Part shown: positions 45,943 through 56,419 of the stretch, one piece after another
How the letters are laid out: the number at the start of each line of letters is the position of its first letter
Position numbering within the stretch: position 1 is the first letter of the stretch
From: Candidatus Komeilibacteria bacterium
Lineage (GTDB): Bacteria; Patescibacteriota; Patescibacteriia; UBA1558
DNA length: 64,000 nt
Direction: 5' to 3'
Assembly (NCBI GenBank): GCA_048538275.1
Contig: JBLYPW010000001.1
Coordinates: forward strand, 38,244-102,243
Notes under the pieces: generated by a model
The model's database searches: none
Seen by the model: only the letters and a program-made list of their open reading frames with translations
Told to the model about the DNA's origin: nothing
Program-made: the position numbers and the translations under genes

Positions 45943-47219
45943 ATAATTTGGTCAGGATAAAGCGGGAAGCGAGTGGCCATATTTACCACTTTGTCTTTGA
46001 TTATTTGCAAGGTTTTTTGATCTTGGCTGTTTTTAAGTATAGTGACAATCCATTCACCCAGCTCGGTGATATCTTTTTCCTGCAAGCCGCGAGTGGTGAG
46101 AGCAGCAGTGCCTAAACGTAGTCCCGAAGGATCAGTTGGTTTGCGTTTATCAAATGGTATCATATTTTTGTTGGTGTAAATGCCGACAGCATCCAGAGCG
46201 GTTTCAGCCACCTTACCGGAGATATTTAGATTAGTTAAGTTTAGTAGTAACAAATGATTGTCAGTGCCGCCCGATACCATATTGATATTATTGGCTTGGA
46301 ATATTTTTTCTAGAGCTTTGGCATTGGCTAGTATTTGTTTTTGGTAGGTGATAAAGTTTGGCTGCAAAGCTTCCTGAAAGGCTACGGCTTTGGCGGCGAT
46401 TATGTGTTCTAAGGGACCACCTTGCATACCAGGGAAAACTGCACTGTCTATTTTCTGGGCTAGATTTTTTTTATCTTGCGGGTGAAGGCGATCATCTCGT
46501 TTACTTAAAATCATAGCGCCGCGTGGTCCTCGCAAGGTTTTATGTGTAGTAGTGGTGACTATATCGGCGTGTGGTATGGGATCTGGATGTAGTTGGGCGG
46601 CTATTAAACCGGCGATATGAGCCATATCTACCATAAAATAAGCCTCAATTTCATCAGCGATAGTGCGGAAAGCGGCAAAATCAATCAGACGTGGATAGGC
46701 AGAGGCGCCGGCGAGGATTAATTTAGGTTTATGCTGTTTGGCTAGTGTTTTTATTTCAGCCAAGTCAATTTGTTCGTTGTCACGGCTGACCCCATAATGT
46801 ATGACATTATAAAATTTGCCGGAGAAATTTACCGGATGACCGTGAGTGAGATGACCGCCGGCGCTTAAATCCATGGCTAAAATAGTGTCGCCCGGTTGAA
46901 GAATGGCAAAATATGCTTCCATATTAGCTTGACTACCGGCATGGGGCTGGACATTGGCGTGCTCGGCGCCAAATAATTGGCAGGCCCGTTCAATAGCCAA
47001 CTTTTCTATTTGGTCAATAAATTCATTACCACCATAATAGCGTTTGCCTGGATAACCCTCGGCATATTTATTGGTCAGAGGCGTTCCCATGGCTTCTAGT
47101 ACCGCTGGGGAAACAAAGTTTTCTGAGGCTATCATTTCCAACCCCCGGCGTTGACGGTTGGTTTCTTGATTTATAAATTGGTAAATTTGCGGATCGCTAT
47201 TTTTTAAGCTCTTGTTCAT
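45939..47219 (-). CDS. glyA: serine hydroxymethyltransferase
   Basis: [15 protein letters not shown], the PLP site ...[11 protein letters not shown]..., and the expected size. Confidence 0.9.
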   Translation of the reverse strand: MNKSLKNSDPQIYQFINQETNRQRRGLEMIASENFVSPAVLEAMGTPLTNKYAEGYPGKRYYGGNEFIDQIEKLAIERACQLFGAEHANVQPHAGSQANMEAYFAILQPGDTILAMDLSAGGHLTHGHPVNFSGKFYNVIHYGVSRDNEQIDLAEIKTLAKQHKPKLILAGASAYPRLIDFAAFRTIADEIEAYFMVDMAHIAGLIAAQLHPDPIPHADIVTTTTHKTLRGPRGAMILSKRDDRLHPQDKKNLAQKIDSAVFPGMQGGPLEHIIAAKAVAFQEALQPNFITYQKQILANAKALEKIFQANNINMVSGGTDNHLLLLNLTNLNISGKVAETALDAVGIYTNKNMIPFDKRKPTDPSGLRLGTAALTTRGLQEKDITELGEWIVTILKNSQDQKTLQIIKDKVVNMATRFPLYPDQII

Positions 47220-47510
47220 ATTTTTTAATTTAAGATGAAAATAAAAAACCTTAACTGTATATAGTCTATAGCAAAATAGACCTCGTGTTAAGGCTGGCGA
47301 GTGCGTATATTATTAATTGAATTCTAGAGCAAGATAAATCATTCCTTTATTTATAGCATAAATCTATTAGCTAGTTTACCTTTATTTCACGATTAGTCAA
47401 GGTGTATTTATATACTTCAATTCTATGCCAAATCTTAATTATTTTTTGGGGTTGACATATGTATATAAATATGTTAGCCTGTAGTGAACGTTCATTATAA
47501 GGAGGACAGC

Positions 47511-47867
47511 ATGAAGAAAGTTTTGATATTTGTGGGAGATGAAAAATCTCTCCAGATCTATACTCAGTTAATAGCTGAGTTGGGTTATGAACCTGTTCCG
47601 GTAGTGCATGAAAAAAATGTATTGCCCACGGTTCAAAGCCAGGCAGTGGACGCCATAATCATTCGTAATTCAGCGGGTATCGCTGTTCACGGATTTGATT
47701 TGGCGGTGTTGGCCAAAAAGCGCCAGCCACATGCTGTGATAATAGTTGAATCGCAGGGCGAGGCAGATGTCCAGCGGTTATCTGAACACGGTTTTCTGCA
47801 TTGGCAGACTCCGCAGAAGATAATAGAAATTGAAGATCTGCTGGTCGCCTTGGCTGAACCAGCGTAA
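47511..47867 (+). CDS. receiver-like (CheY-fold) domain protein, possibly a pseudo-receiver
   Basis: MKKVLIFVGDE...DAIIIRN pattern of a REC domain, but the canonical phospho-acceptor context is unclear. Start taken at the internal ATG. Confidence 0.3.
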   Translation: MKKVLIFVGDEKSLQIYTQLIAELGYEPVPVVHEKNVLPTVQSQAVDAIIIRNSAGIAVHGFDLAVLAKKRQPHAVIIVESQGEADVQRLSEHGFLHWQTPQKIIEIEDLLVALAEPA

Positions 47868-47977
47868 TCAAACAGTAAAAAAGCCATCTCCAACGAGGTG
47901 GCTTTTCTTATTGACTAATATAGATAGGGGTGATAAATTGAGAGTGCTTTTTTATATAAAATACAGGAGGGAATATA

Positions 47978-48355
47978 ATGAAAGTGATGCGAGTGTTGAT
48001 TTTATCCGATTATCTTCCGTGTAATCGTTACTGGGTTGATCGGATATTAGCCAATTTGCCGCGACCACCTTTTCAACCGCTTTATAGTAATAATATTGAT
48101 TCGGTGCGAAAATGGTTAGCAGAGGATCCTGCTCAGTTTCAAGCTGTGCTCATCAACCCCGACCAAGGCCAATGGCCTACAGGAGTTAATTGGGCGGTAG
48201 AATTGTCTAGGTTGGTCAATCCGGATTTAATCTGGCTGGTCAGTCAACGGAATTTTCAAACACATGAGTTACAACCATCACAGGGAGCGGGGTTTCATTG
48301 TAAAACCCTTACTCAAGGTTGGTCGGAATTGAGACAATTATTAGATTCGGGATAA
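47978..48355 (+). CDS. hypothetical protein, distant paralog of the receiver-like protein
   Basis: MRVLILSDY...AVLINPD has similar topology to 47511-47867. Confidence 0.25.
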   Translation: MKVMRVLILSDYLPCNRYWVDRILANLPRPPFQPLYSNNIDSVRKWLAEDPAQFQAVLINPDQGQWPTGVNWAVELSRLVNPDLIWLVSQRNFQTHELQPSQGAGFHCKTLTQGWSELRQLLDSG

Positions 48356-48406
48356 AACACGAAGTAAATCAATAAGTTAGTCCGCTTGAGCCAAAGGCAG
48401 GGCGGA

Positions 48407-50020
48407 CTATTTTTTTATTGTTTTTAGCATATAGGTATCTTTTAGCTGATAGCCTATTTTGCGATAATATTCTCTGACGCCAATACCAGCGATAACTGCC
48501 ATTGTTTCATAACCATGCTGACGAGCAATATCTTCAGCGACGTTCATTAATTTTCTTCCCAAGCCACGATGTTGAACGTGAGGGCGGCTGACAGCATCAT
48601 CCATAGTTTCATCATACACTGGTTGCATTTGGCCGTAAACGTGCAGCTCTCTTATAAGGGCGGCTTTTTTTAAAACAGAAAAGACAATATTGGCAGCTGG
48701 CGTGTTAAATCGTAGGCGCACAAAACCATAGATGATTTTTTTATCAGGTGATGTATAACTGATGAAATATTCTTTACCTTGGGAAGCAGAATATTTGTTA
48801 ATATTTAATTTTGCTTTATTAATATTGCTTTTTCTACCTCGTGCCTCGCGACAACGAATACATTGACATTCTTTACCCTCGGTTTTTAATCTGTCTTGCA
48901 AGAGTTGACGTAAATTAGTGATACTATTACCGGCACTAATGCTAGTTTTGGGAATATCCCTGACTAGACGATTAATTCGTATCCAGGGTGGTGTCAGTAA
49001 TTTTACTTTGATTAATAAATCGGCTAATTGTTTTACGCTATAGGGTTTGTATTTGCCTTGTTTCCACCAGCCATATAGTTGAGCGTGCGGATTAACTACG
49101 CAGGGATATATTTTTATTTGGTCGGGAGATAGTTGGCCACTATTATAAACATATTTAAACATTGCTAAATCTTTGGCAGGCGTGCTACCTGGCAAGTCCG
49201 GCATATAGTGATGATCAACTTTTAGGCCGGCTTCTTTTAGTAAACGGGTAGCTTGAATAGCATTAGCTAGGCTATCGCCTCTTTGGATATAGCTTAAGAT
49301 TTTATCATCTGTATGTTGGACTCCTAGTTGTACACGAGTACATCCTAGCTCGCGTAAGCGTTTTATTTCTTTTCTATCAATATGATCAGGACGAGTTTCC
49401 ATGGTCAGGCCGATGATGCGATAGCGCGTAGTTTCATTGATTTTTTGTTCAGCAGCTAAACCTTTGTAGGGTCGTTTTGTTTTATTATAATTATTGGCCG
49501 CTTGAAACAGACGACCGACAAACCAAGTTTGATAACGCGCGGGATATGCCGACCAAGTTCCTCCCAGGATTAATATTTCTATTTTATCAACTTGGTGACC
49601 ATTGTTCTCAAGGGCTTGGATGCGGGCTTGTACTTGGCGATAGGGGTCAAATAAATTGCGCACTGCTCTTTGCGCCGCCGGTTCATTGGAAAGATAACTT
49701 TTTGGCATATCTGGTTCGCTGGGGCAATAGACGCATTGACCGGGACAGGGCCATGGTTTGGTTAGTACCGTGATAACGCTAACACCGGAAAGGGTGCGTG
49801 TTGGTCTTTTTATTAGCCATTTTTCTAGATTAGGAGAGGCCTTTATTTTTTTCTGTTTTACTAATTGACGGTAGTGAGAAAGTAAAGTAGCATTAGAGGG
49901 TGGTGCTAGTTTAATGTTTTTGCTGAATTTTTTTTTGGCGCGCATAAAGTCAGCCAGGTTTTGCGGTTGGCTTGCAATAATATCAATAATAAGTTGTTGG
50001 ATAACCTTTGATGAAGTCAT
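48407..50020 (-). CDS. Elp3-like radical-SAM/GNAT acetyltransferase (tRNA U34 modification family)
   Basis: Radical-SAM CxxxCxxC (CPGQCVYC) in the N-terminal half. C-terminal GNAT fold (HRGLGRKLMNVAEDIARQHGYETMAVIAGIGVREYYRKIGY). Confidence 0.65.
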   Translation of the reverse strand: MTSSKVIQQLIIDIIASQPQNLADFMRAKKKFSKNIKLAPPSNATLLSHYRQLVKQKKIKASPNLEKWLIKRPTRTLSGVSVITVLTKPWPCPGQCVYCPSEPDMPKSYLSNEPAAQRAVRNLFDPYRQVQARIQALENNGHQVDKIEILILGGTWSAYPARYQTWFVGRLFQAANNYNKTKRPYKGLAAEQKINETTRYRIIGLTMETRPDHIDRKEIKRLRELGCTRVQLGVQHTDDKILSYIQRGDSLANAIQATRLLKEAGLKVDHHYMPDLPGSTPAKDLAMFKYVYNSGQLSPDQIKIYPCVVNPHAQLYGWWKQGKYKPYSVKQLADLLIKVKLLTPPWIRINRLVRDIPKTSISAGNSITNLRQLLQDRLKTEGKECQCIRCREARGRKSNINKAKLNINKYSASQGKEYFISYTSPDKKIIYGFVRLRFNTPAANIVFSVLKKAALIRELHVYGQMQPVYDETMDDAVSRPHVQHRGLGRKLMNVAEDIARQHGYETMAVIAGIGVREYYRKIGYQLKDTYMLKTIKK

Positions 50021-50706
50021 TTCAAGTTCAAAAAATATTAAAAGACGTGCAAGATAGCTATGTTGATATGGCGGATGATTTTGTTATTAGCCGTCCTTAT
50101 CCTTGGCGCATTATGACTTATTTAGCGCAATGGATAAAACCCGGTCAGCGTGTTTTAGATTGGGGTTGTGGACACGGGCGTTTTTATCAAGCGATTGCCG
50201 ATAAGCAAGTGGATTATTGGGGGTTTGATAATTGTAAGCCATTGCTGGAAAAAGCTCAAGCACAATATCCCAACGCTCATTGGTGCGCTGAGGAGAAAAA
50301 TATTCCTAACCAGTTTGATATTATCGTGGCTTTAGCCTCATGGCAGCACCTGCCTAGCAGACATTTGCGCTATGAATATTTAAGACGTTGGGAAGAGCAA
50401 TTAACCTCCGGTGGATATTTATTATTGACTAGTTGGAATTTAGGGTCGCGACGGTATTGGCGACAATGGTTGAAGAATAATCTTGTTAATTGGTTACGAG
50501 GCTGGGAATGGAATGATATGCAGGTACCTTGGCGGGCAGGCGGCAAAGTTCTTTGGCGTTATTATCATTATATTACTAAGCGCGAATTGTCTGGCTATAT
50601 AGAAAAAATGTCTTTTAGTATAGAGTTGTTGGATTATTTTAAGCAGGACAAAAAGTCAGATTGGCAACGGGGAGAAAACTTGGTTTTAGTGGCTAAAAAG
50701 CTATAA
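50008..50706 (+). CDS. class I SAM-dependent methyltransferase
   Basis: Motif I VLDWGCGHGRF. Confidence 0.55.
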   Translation: MMKSFQVQKILKDVQDSYVDMADDFVISRPYPWRIMTYLAQWIKPGQRVLDWGCGHGRFYQAIADKQVDYWGFDNCKPLLEKAQAQYPNAHWCAEEKNIPNQFDIIVALASWQHLPSRHLRYEYLRRWEEQLTSGGYLLLTSWNLGSRRYWRQWLKNNLVNWLRGWEWNDMQVPWRAGGKVLWRYYHYITKRELSGYIEKMSFSIELLDYFKQDKKSDWQRGENLVLVAKKL

Positions 50707-50742
50707 TTTTGTTACAATAAAGAAAATTATTGAATATAAAAT

Positions 50743-51846
50743 ATGTCCAAATTCAAACTGTTTAGTTTAATTTTAGGAGGAGTATTTTTATTTTCCTTGC
50801 CTATTGCTGCTTGGGCAGCTGGTAATTTTTATTTAGCGCCGGATGATAATTATTATGCTAATTTATATCATATTGGTGGTGAGGTGGATATTGCCGGCAT
50901 AGTGGCAGGCGATGTTATGGTGGTAGCGGATAAGATTGTTGTTAGTGGAGAAATTAAAGGTGATTTATTAGCCGTGGCCAGCGATATTGATATTAGTGGC
51001 ATAATAAATGGTAATGTCAGGATTTTAGCGCAAACAGCTAGTGTGAATGCTGATATCAAAAGAGCAGCTACGCTAGCTGGGGGGCAAATATTTGTCAATG
51101 ATAAAACTACTGTTGGTGCAACGGTTATAGTAGCGGCTCAGCAAGTGGAAATGCGCGGGGAGATAGCTGGCAACTTGGATGGTTGGGCCGATCGGTTATT
51201 TTTGACTGGGAGTGTTACTCACACTAATTTGCGTGTAGCACAATTACAGTTATCGGACACTGCTAAGGTGAAAGGCAATTTAAATTATATTTCTAATCAA
51301 TCAGCGCAGGTAGCAGATGGTGCTCAGATCGGCGGTGGCACCTATCAGAAGTTAAGGTCGGTTGAGTGGCAATCTTTATCTAGCGCACAGTGGTGGTGGC
51401 GCCGTCTGTGGCAATGGTTGTCGTGGTTTTTAGTTGGTTTGTTATTATTTTGGCCGAGCCGACATTGGTCGGCTAAGCTTTGGTCGCGGGCAGAAGGTAA
51501 TTGGTGGCCCACTTTATTACGAGGTGCTTTATTCTTTTTTGTCATACCCATCGCTATAGCTTTACTTTTATTATCTATTATTGGCGCGCCATTGGCATTA
51601 TTGTTATTGGGAGCTTATTTGGCCTTATTATATTTGAGTCGCTTGGTAGCGGCTTGGTGGCTGGGCAAGCTGGTAGTGAGGCGGTGGAAAGTAAAATGGG
51701 AATGGCCTTGGATATATGCTTTGGGGCTTGTGTTGTATATTATATTAGTCAATTTACCTTGGCTGGGAGGATTGTTTAGCAGTTTATCAATCTGGTTGGT
51801 ATGGGGCAGTATTTGGCAGTGGTTTAGAAAACGTAAAATAAATTAA
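50743..51846 (+). CDS. bactofilin-like (polymer-forming beta-helical repeat) domain fused to a C-terminal multi-TM region
   Basis: Signal/TM, then repeated G[ED][IV]xGD[LV] beta-helix units (GEVDIAGIVAGDVMVVADKIVVSGEIKGDLLAVASDIDISG...), then W-rich TM helices. Confidence 0.4.
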   Translation: MSKFKLFSLILGGVFLFSLPIAAWAAGNFYLAPDDNYYANLYHIGGEVDIAGIVAGDVMVVADKIVVSGEIKGDLLAVASDIDISGIINGNVRILAQTASVNADIKRAATLAGGQIFVNDKTTVGATVIVAAQQVEMRGEIAGNLDGWADRLFLTGSVTHTNLRVAQLQLSDTAKVKGNLNYISNQSAQVADGAQIGGGTYQKLRSVEWQSLSSAQWWWRRLWQWLSWFLVGLLLFWPSRHWSAKLWSRAEGNWWPTLLRGALFFFVIPIAIALLLLSIIGAPLALLLLGAYLALLYLSRLVAAWWLGKLVVRRWKVKWEWPWIYALGLVLYIILVNLPWLGGLFSSLSIWLVWGSIWQWFRKRKIN

Positions 51847-51849
51847 TTT

Positions 51850-53208
51850 ATGGCCGGTATTTTTAAAGCTTATGATGTGCGAGGTGTTTATCCAACAGAA
51901 ATAAATGAGGATTGGTGTTATCGTTTGGGTAGAATTTATGGTGCTTGGCTTTATGACAATAGCTCAGATAAAGAGCCGATTGATTTGGTTGTTGGACGAG
52001 ATATGCGTGTATCATCACCGGCCTTGGCGGAGAATTTAATTCAAGGATTAGTAGAAGCAGGTATTATTGTTTATGATGGTGGCTTGTTGAGCACGCCCAG
52101 TTTTTATTGGTCGGTGGCCAAATATAAACATGCTGGCGGCTTGCAAGTCTCCGCTTCGCATAATCCTAAAGAATATAATGGTATAAAATTTGTTGGCCCC
52201 AAAGCTAGCCCTATTGGTTATGACACTGGTTTGGCTGAGTTAGAAAGGTTGATGGAGGATGTAGATTTTCCGGAGAAAAGAGCTGGCGGAGAGATAAAAG
52301 AATTGCCCCCGGTTTTGCAAGATGAAGTAGCAGAAGTTATTAGTCGTTATGACATTCACAGTCTAAGACCGTTGAAAATTATTGCCGATACAGCTAATGG
52401 CATGGGGGCTCAGTATTTACAAGCTTTATTAACTCATTTGCCCGTTACTTTGGTGAAAATGAATTTTGCTTTTGATGGTACTTTTCCAGTCCATCAGGCG
52501 GATCCTTTTCAGCCAGAAAATACGGCAGATTTACGACGGGCAGTGGTAGCAGAGAAAGCTGATTTAGGTATTGCCACGGATGGTGATGGTGACCGGATAT
52601 TTTTTATTGACAATAAAGGAGAGTTGATTGATCCTGCTATTGTACGGGGAATTTTGGCTAAAGCTGTTTTAGCGCGTGAGCCAGGAGCAGTGATTGGTTA
52701 TGATATTCGCCCCGGACGAATTACCTTGGATATGATTAGGCAGTATGGTGGTAAACCATTATTAACAAAAGTCGGACATTCTTTGATTAAGGCAGAGGCA
52801 ATTGCGGCCGACGCGGCTTTTGCCGGTGAATCTTCTGGTCATTTTTTTTATCGTCGCCCCTTTGGTTTTTTTGAGCGGCCTATGGATGTGATTATGGATT
52901 TTTGGCAAGAATTAACTCTCAGTGGTAAAACAGTCGCTAAATTTATCCAACCCCTGCGCAAATATTATCATTCTGGTGAGATTAATTTTACTGTTGTAGA
53001 TAGCGCAACAAAATTAAACGAATTGGCTAAGTATTTTTTCGATTCTCAGCAAAGCGATCTTGATGGTTTGAGTATAGTTTATCCAGACTGGTGGGCTAAT
53101 ATTCGTGCCAGCAATACAGAGCCAAAGTTAAGATTGAATGTGGAGGCCAAAACAGCCGCTATCCTTAAGAAGCAGACTAAATTATTGAGTGATTTGATTA
53201 GCGCTTAA
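51850..53208 (+). CDS. phosphoglucomutase/phosphomannomutase-family phosphohexomutase
   Basis: Active-site SASHNP, metal-binding DGDGDR, and a sugar-binding loop. Confidence 0.8.
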   Translation: MAGIFKAYDVRGVYPTEINEDWCYRLGRIYGAWLYDNSSDKEPIDLVVGRDMRVSSPALAENLIQGLVEAGIIVYDGGLLSTPSFYWSVAKYKHAGGLQVSASHNPKEYNGIKFVGPKASPIGYDTGLAELERLMEDVDFPEKRAGGEIKELPPVLQDEVAEVISRYDIHSLRPLKIIADTANGMGAQYLQALLTHLPVTLVKMNFAFDGTFPVHQADPFQPENTADLRRAVVAEKADLGIATDGDGDRIFFIDNKGELIDPAIVRGILAKAVLAREPGAVIGYDIRPGRITLDMIRQYGGKPLLTKVGHSLIKAEAIAADAAFAGESSGHFFYRRPFGFFERPMDVIMDFWQELTLSGKTVAKFIQPLRKYYHSGEINFTVVDSATKLNELAKYFFDSQQSDLDGLSIVYPDWWANIRASNTEPKLRLNVEAKTAAILKKQTKLLSDLISA

Positions 53209-53266
53209 GGCTATTGATGTAAATAAAAAACGCCGCCAGCAGAGGCGGTGTTTTTGATAAGAAAAA

Positions 53267-54262
53267 TTATAATAAACCAAACTTTTTCTTAAATTTAACC
53301 ATATTGTCCTGTGCTATCTTATTGGCTTGCTTTGCTCCGCGTTCCAAAATTTTATCTACTTTACTTTTATTTTTCTCCCAGTAAGCAATTTTTTTCTGTA
53401 TCGGTTCTAGGTTTTTTATAATAGCCTCTGCCAGATCATTTTTTAGCTCTGCATATTTGATAGTGCCTTGTTGGTATTGTTTTTCGTATTTATTAACCGC
53501 CGTGGCATTGGCAAATAATCCTAGTAGTTCAAACAAGTTGTGTACGCCCAGAGATTTTTTTCCCGCTATTATTGGACCGGTATCGGTAACAGCCCGACTA
53601 ATTTTTTGTTTAATAATTTCCGGCTTGTCGCGTAAAGCGATATAGTTTTTAGAACCCCGTGATTTACTCATTTTTTTATCTGGCTCAGTCAGAGACATAA
53701 TGCGCGCTCCGGAAGTTAATAAGGGTTTAACGGGTGCAAATGTTTTGCCTAGTTGATTATTAAACTTGCGAGCAATAACATTGGTCAGCTCTATATGTTG
53801 TAATTGGTCATCGCCTACCGGCACTACGGCAGCTTCGTAAAGTAAGATGTCAGCTGCCATCAGCGCAGGGTAGGTAAGTAAGCCGGCATTAATATTCTGC
53901 TTGTTTTGTCTGGCTTTGTCTTTATATTGTGTCATACGCTCTAACTCACTGACCGGTATGAGCGTATTAAATAACCAAGCAAGCTCAGTGTGAGCCGGTA
54001 CTTGTGATTGAACGAAGAAAATCGCGCATTTTGGATCCAAACCAATTGCCAGTAAATCAATAGCTGTCTGACGTATTTTATTGCGAAACTCTTTAGGATC
54101 TTGTGCTATGGTCAAAGCATGCAAGTCTACGATGCAATAGATGGCTTGGTATTTATCTTGCAAGGCTACCCAGTTTTTGAGCGCCCCTAAGTAGTTGCCG
54201 ATGTGTATTTCGCCAGTCGGCTGTATGCCAGAAAATAAAGTTGTATTTTTAGTTTTCGTCAT
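53267..54262 (-). CDS. trpS: tryptophan--tRNA ligase
   Basis: Class I HIGH (TGEIHIGN) and KMSKS motifs, about 330 aa. Confidence 0.9.
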   Translation of the reverse strand: MTKTKNTTLFSGIQPTGEIHIGNYLGALKNWVALQDKYQAIYCIVDLHALTIAQDPKEFRNKIRQTAIDLLAIGLDPKCAIFFVQSQVPAHTELAWLFNTLIPVSELERMTQYKDKARQNKQNINAGLLTYPALMAADILLYEAAVVPVGDDQLQHIELTNVIARKFNNQLGKTFAPVKPLLTSGARIMSLTEPDKKMSKSRGSKNYIALRDKPEIIKQKISRAVTDTGPIIAGKKSLGVHNLFELLGLFANATAVNKYEKQYQQGTIKYAELKNDLAEAIIKNLEPIQKKIAYWEKNKSKVDKILERGAKQANKIAQDNMVKFKKKFGLL

Positions 54263-54369
54263 GTTTTTATTTTAGCATAAAATAGCCATTAAAGATATCA
54301 ACAATAAGCGAACAAAATACAAATTTGTTGTTTAACGTTTTGTATCTTGTCGCCTATTGTTTGGTGAGA

Positions 54370-56124
54370 TTAAACTTCAATTATCACCGGTAATATCATT
54401 GGCCGGCGTTTGGTTTTTTGGTAGAGGAACTGTCCAATTTCATTGCGGATTTTATCTTTTAGGTACATGTCATTGGCCATTTGCTTAGGATTATTGTCTT
54501 TGAGAATAGTTTTAAGTTTTGAGCGAGTTTGTTCTACCAGTTTTTTATTTTCTTTCATGTAGATAAAGCCACGAGAAATAATATCGGGAGATTGGTTCAA
54601 GTCGCCTGTCTTGGCATTAATGGTGGCAATCACTACCAACATGCCGTCCTCAGACATCACTTGGCGATCGCGCAAGACTACATTGGAAATATCGCCGACG
54701 CCTAAGCCATCAACGAAAACATAGTCAGAAGGTACGTGTTGATTGGTTAACTTACCTCCCAATTTAGTGAATTCCATAACCTGTCCATTGTCAGCTATAA
54801 AGATGTTTTTATCATTGATGCCGGTTTCGCGAGCATATTGAGCGTGCATATGCAGGAAAGAATGATTACCTTCAATCGGTATGAAGTATTGGGGGCGGAT
54901 TAGATTGAGTAATAGTTTCAAGTCTTCTTTACGGGCGTGGCCACCAGCGTGAATGTCCATCATTTGATAGTGGATAACATTTGCTCCTTGGCGATAAAGA
55001 GAGTCTTTTAGTCTTTGCACAGAACGTTCATTGCCAGGAATTACAGATGAGGAAAAGACAAAAGTATCTCCTTTGGCAATGCGAATGGTGCGGTGTTCAC
55101 GATTGGCAATACGCATCAATACCGCATTGTCTTCTCCTTGGGCGCCGGTGCAGAGAACTACGATTTGGTCATCACGATAGTCTTTTAGTTGTTTTTCTGA
55201 AATCAATGTTCCTTTTTTAGTTTGTAGATAGCCTAATTCTTTAGCAATTTCTACATTGGATTTCATACTAAAACCCTGGATCAGTATTTTTTTATTAAAA
55301 CGTTCGGCTGCCCAAATAATTTGTTGGACACGCCCCAATAATGAAGCAAAAGTACCGATGATCAAGCGTCCAGTAGCATTGCGAATGATATCATCTAGAT
55401 TCCGCTGAATTTCATTTTCTGACAGTTGGTGGCCGCTATGTGGTGCGTTGGTGGAATCTGACATCAAGGCCAATACTTTTTTATCTGCTAGTTTGGCAAT
55501 TTTATTTATTTCTACTGGAGTATCACCACTAGCATCTAGATCTATTTTGAAGTCACCGGTGTGAACAATTATACCTAATGGTGTATGAACAACCACCCCC
55601 ATTGAAGTGGGTATGTTATGAGAGACACCAAAAAATTCTATTTCAAAAATACCGAGCTTTAACTTGTCATCGGTGTTAACTGATTTAGAGTTTAGTGGTG
55701 GAGCGCCAGTAAAGTCTTGTTGGCGTTTTTCAATTATCTTGAGTGATAGGTCGGAGCTAAATATCGGAGGATTGCCCAGCTTACTCATCAAGTGAGGTAT
55801 ACCACCAATATGGTCATAGTGAGCATGGGTAATAATTACGCCACGAATATTTTTTTCTTTTCCTTTCAGGTAGTCGGTATTGGGAATGATATAATCAATA
55901 CCTGGCATATCCTCTTCGGGAAACTGCAATCCCATGTCAACAATTATTATGTCTTGACCATATTCTAATACAGTCATATTGCGTCCGACCTCTTCATTAC
56001 CGCCCAGGACTATCACGCGTAGTTTATTGGCGCCAATAGCTCCCGGTCGGTGTGTCGGCTGAGACGTGGCATAGGTTTGACCTCGTCTTTTAGGATGGGG
56101 ACGATTTTTTCTTTCTGTCATCAT
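54370..56124 (-). CDS. rnj: ribonuclease J (metallo-beta-lactamase/beta-CASP)
   Basis: HAHYDHIGG motif, beta-CASP region and the RNase J C-terminal domain. Confidence 0.85.
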   Translation of the reverse strand: MMTERKNRPHPKRRGQTYATSQPTHRPGAIGANKLRVIVLGGNEEVGRNMTVLEYGQDIIIVDMGLQFPEEDMPGIDYIIPNTDYLKGKEKNIRGVIITHAHYDHIGGIPHLMSKLGNPPIFSSDLSLKIIEKRQQDFTGAPPLNSKSVNTDDKLKLGIFEIEFFGVSHNIPTSMGVVVHTPLGIIVHTGDFKIDLDASGDTPVEINKIAKLADKKVLALMSDSTNAPHSGHQLSENEIQRNLDDIIRNATGRLIIGTFASLLGRVQQIIWAAERFNKKILIQGFSMKSNVEIAKELGYLQTKKGTLISEKQLKDYRDDQIVVLCTGAQGEDNAVLMRIANREHRTIRIAKGDTFVFSSSVIPGNERSVQRLKDSLYRQGANVIHYQMMDIHAGGHARKEDLKLLLNLIRPQYFIPIEGNHSFLHMHAQYARETGINDKNIFIADNGQVMEFTKLGGKLTNQHVPSDYVFVDGLGVGDISNVVLRDRQVMSEDGMLVVIATINAKTGDLNQSPDIISRGFIYMKENKKLVEQTRSKLKTILKDNNPKQMANDMYLKDKIRNEIGQFLYQKTKRRPMILPVIIEV

Positions 56125-56289
56125 TTAGATTAATTTAGTTAATGATTAATTAATTTATGAACAAATGACGACACCTGATCTGAGTAGGGTGATCAGATTT
56201 ATAGGCCGGTTTGTTCAATTATTTTTCTTTAGTAAAGAAAGTATAAATATACTGGTTGGCTTCTTGGAGTGGTAGCTTATAATATAGTT

Positions 56290-56376
56290 TGGTGCCAGAG
56301 GCGGGAGTCGAACCCGCACAGCCTTGCGGCCACACGGCCCTGAACCGTGCGTGTCTACCAGTTTCACCACTCTGGC
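56290..56376 (-). tRNA. tRNA-Leu (anticodon CAG), long variable arm
   Basis: Reverse complement folds as: acceptor GCCAGAG/CTCTGGC, 3-bp D-stem, anticodon stem CACGG/CCGTG with loop TTCAGGG, variable arm stem GCC/GGC with GCAA tetraloop, T-arm GGTTCGACTCC, and an encoded CCA. Confidence 0.85.
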
Positions 56377-56419
56377 TTTGCTAAAAAAGTCAGCGACTTT
56401 ATTGTATGATTGGAGTTAT

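Noticed and set aside
50008-50020. 13-bp overlap of divergent start codons (Elp3-like on minus, methyltransferase on plus)
   Set aside because: More likely one start is mis-set (alternative downstream ATG/TTG) than a true head-to-head coding overlap. It is not informative without homolog alignment.
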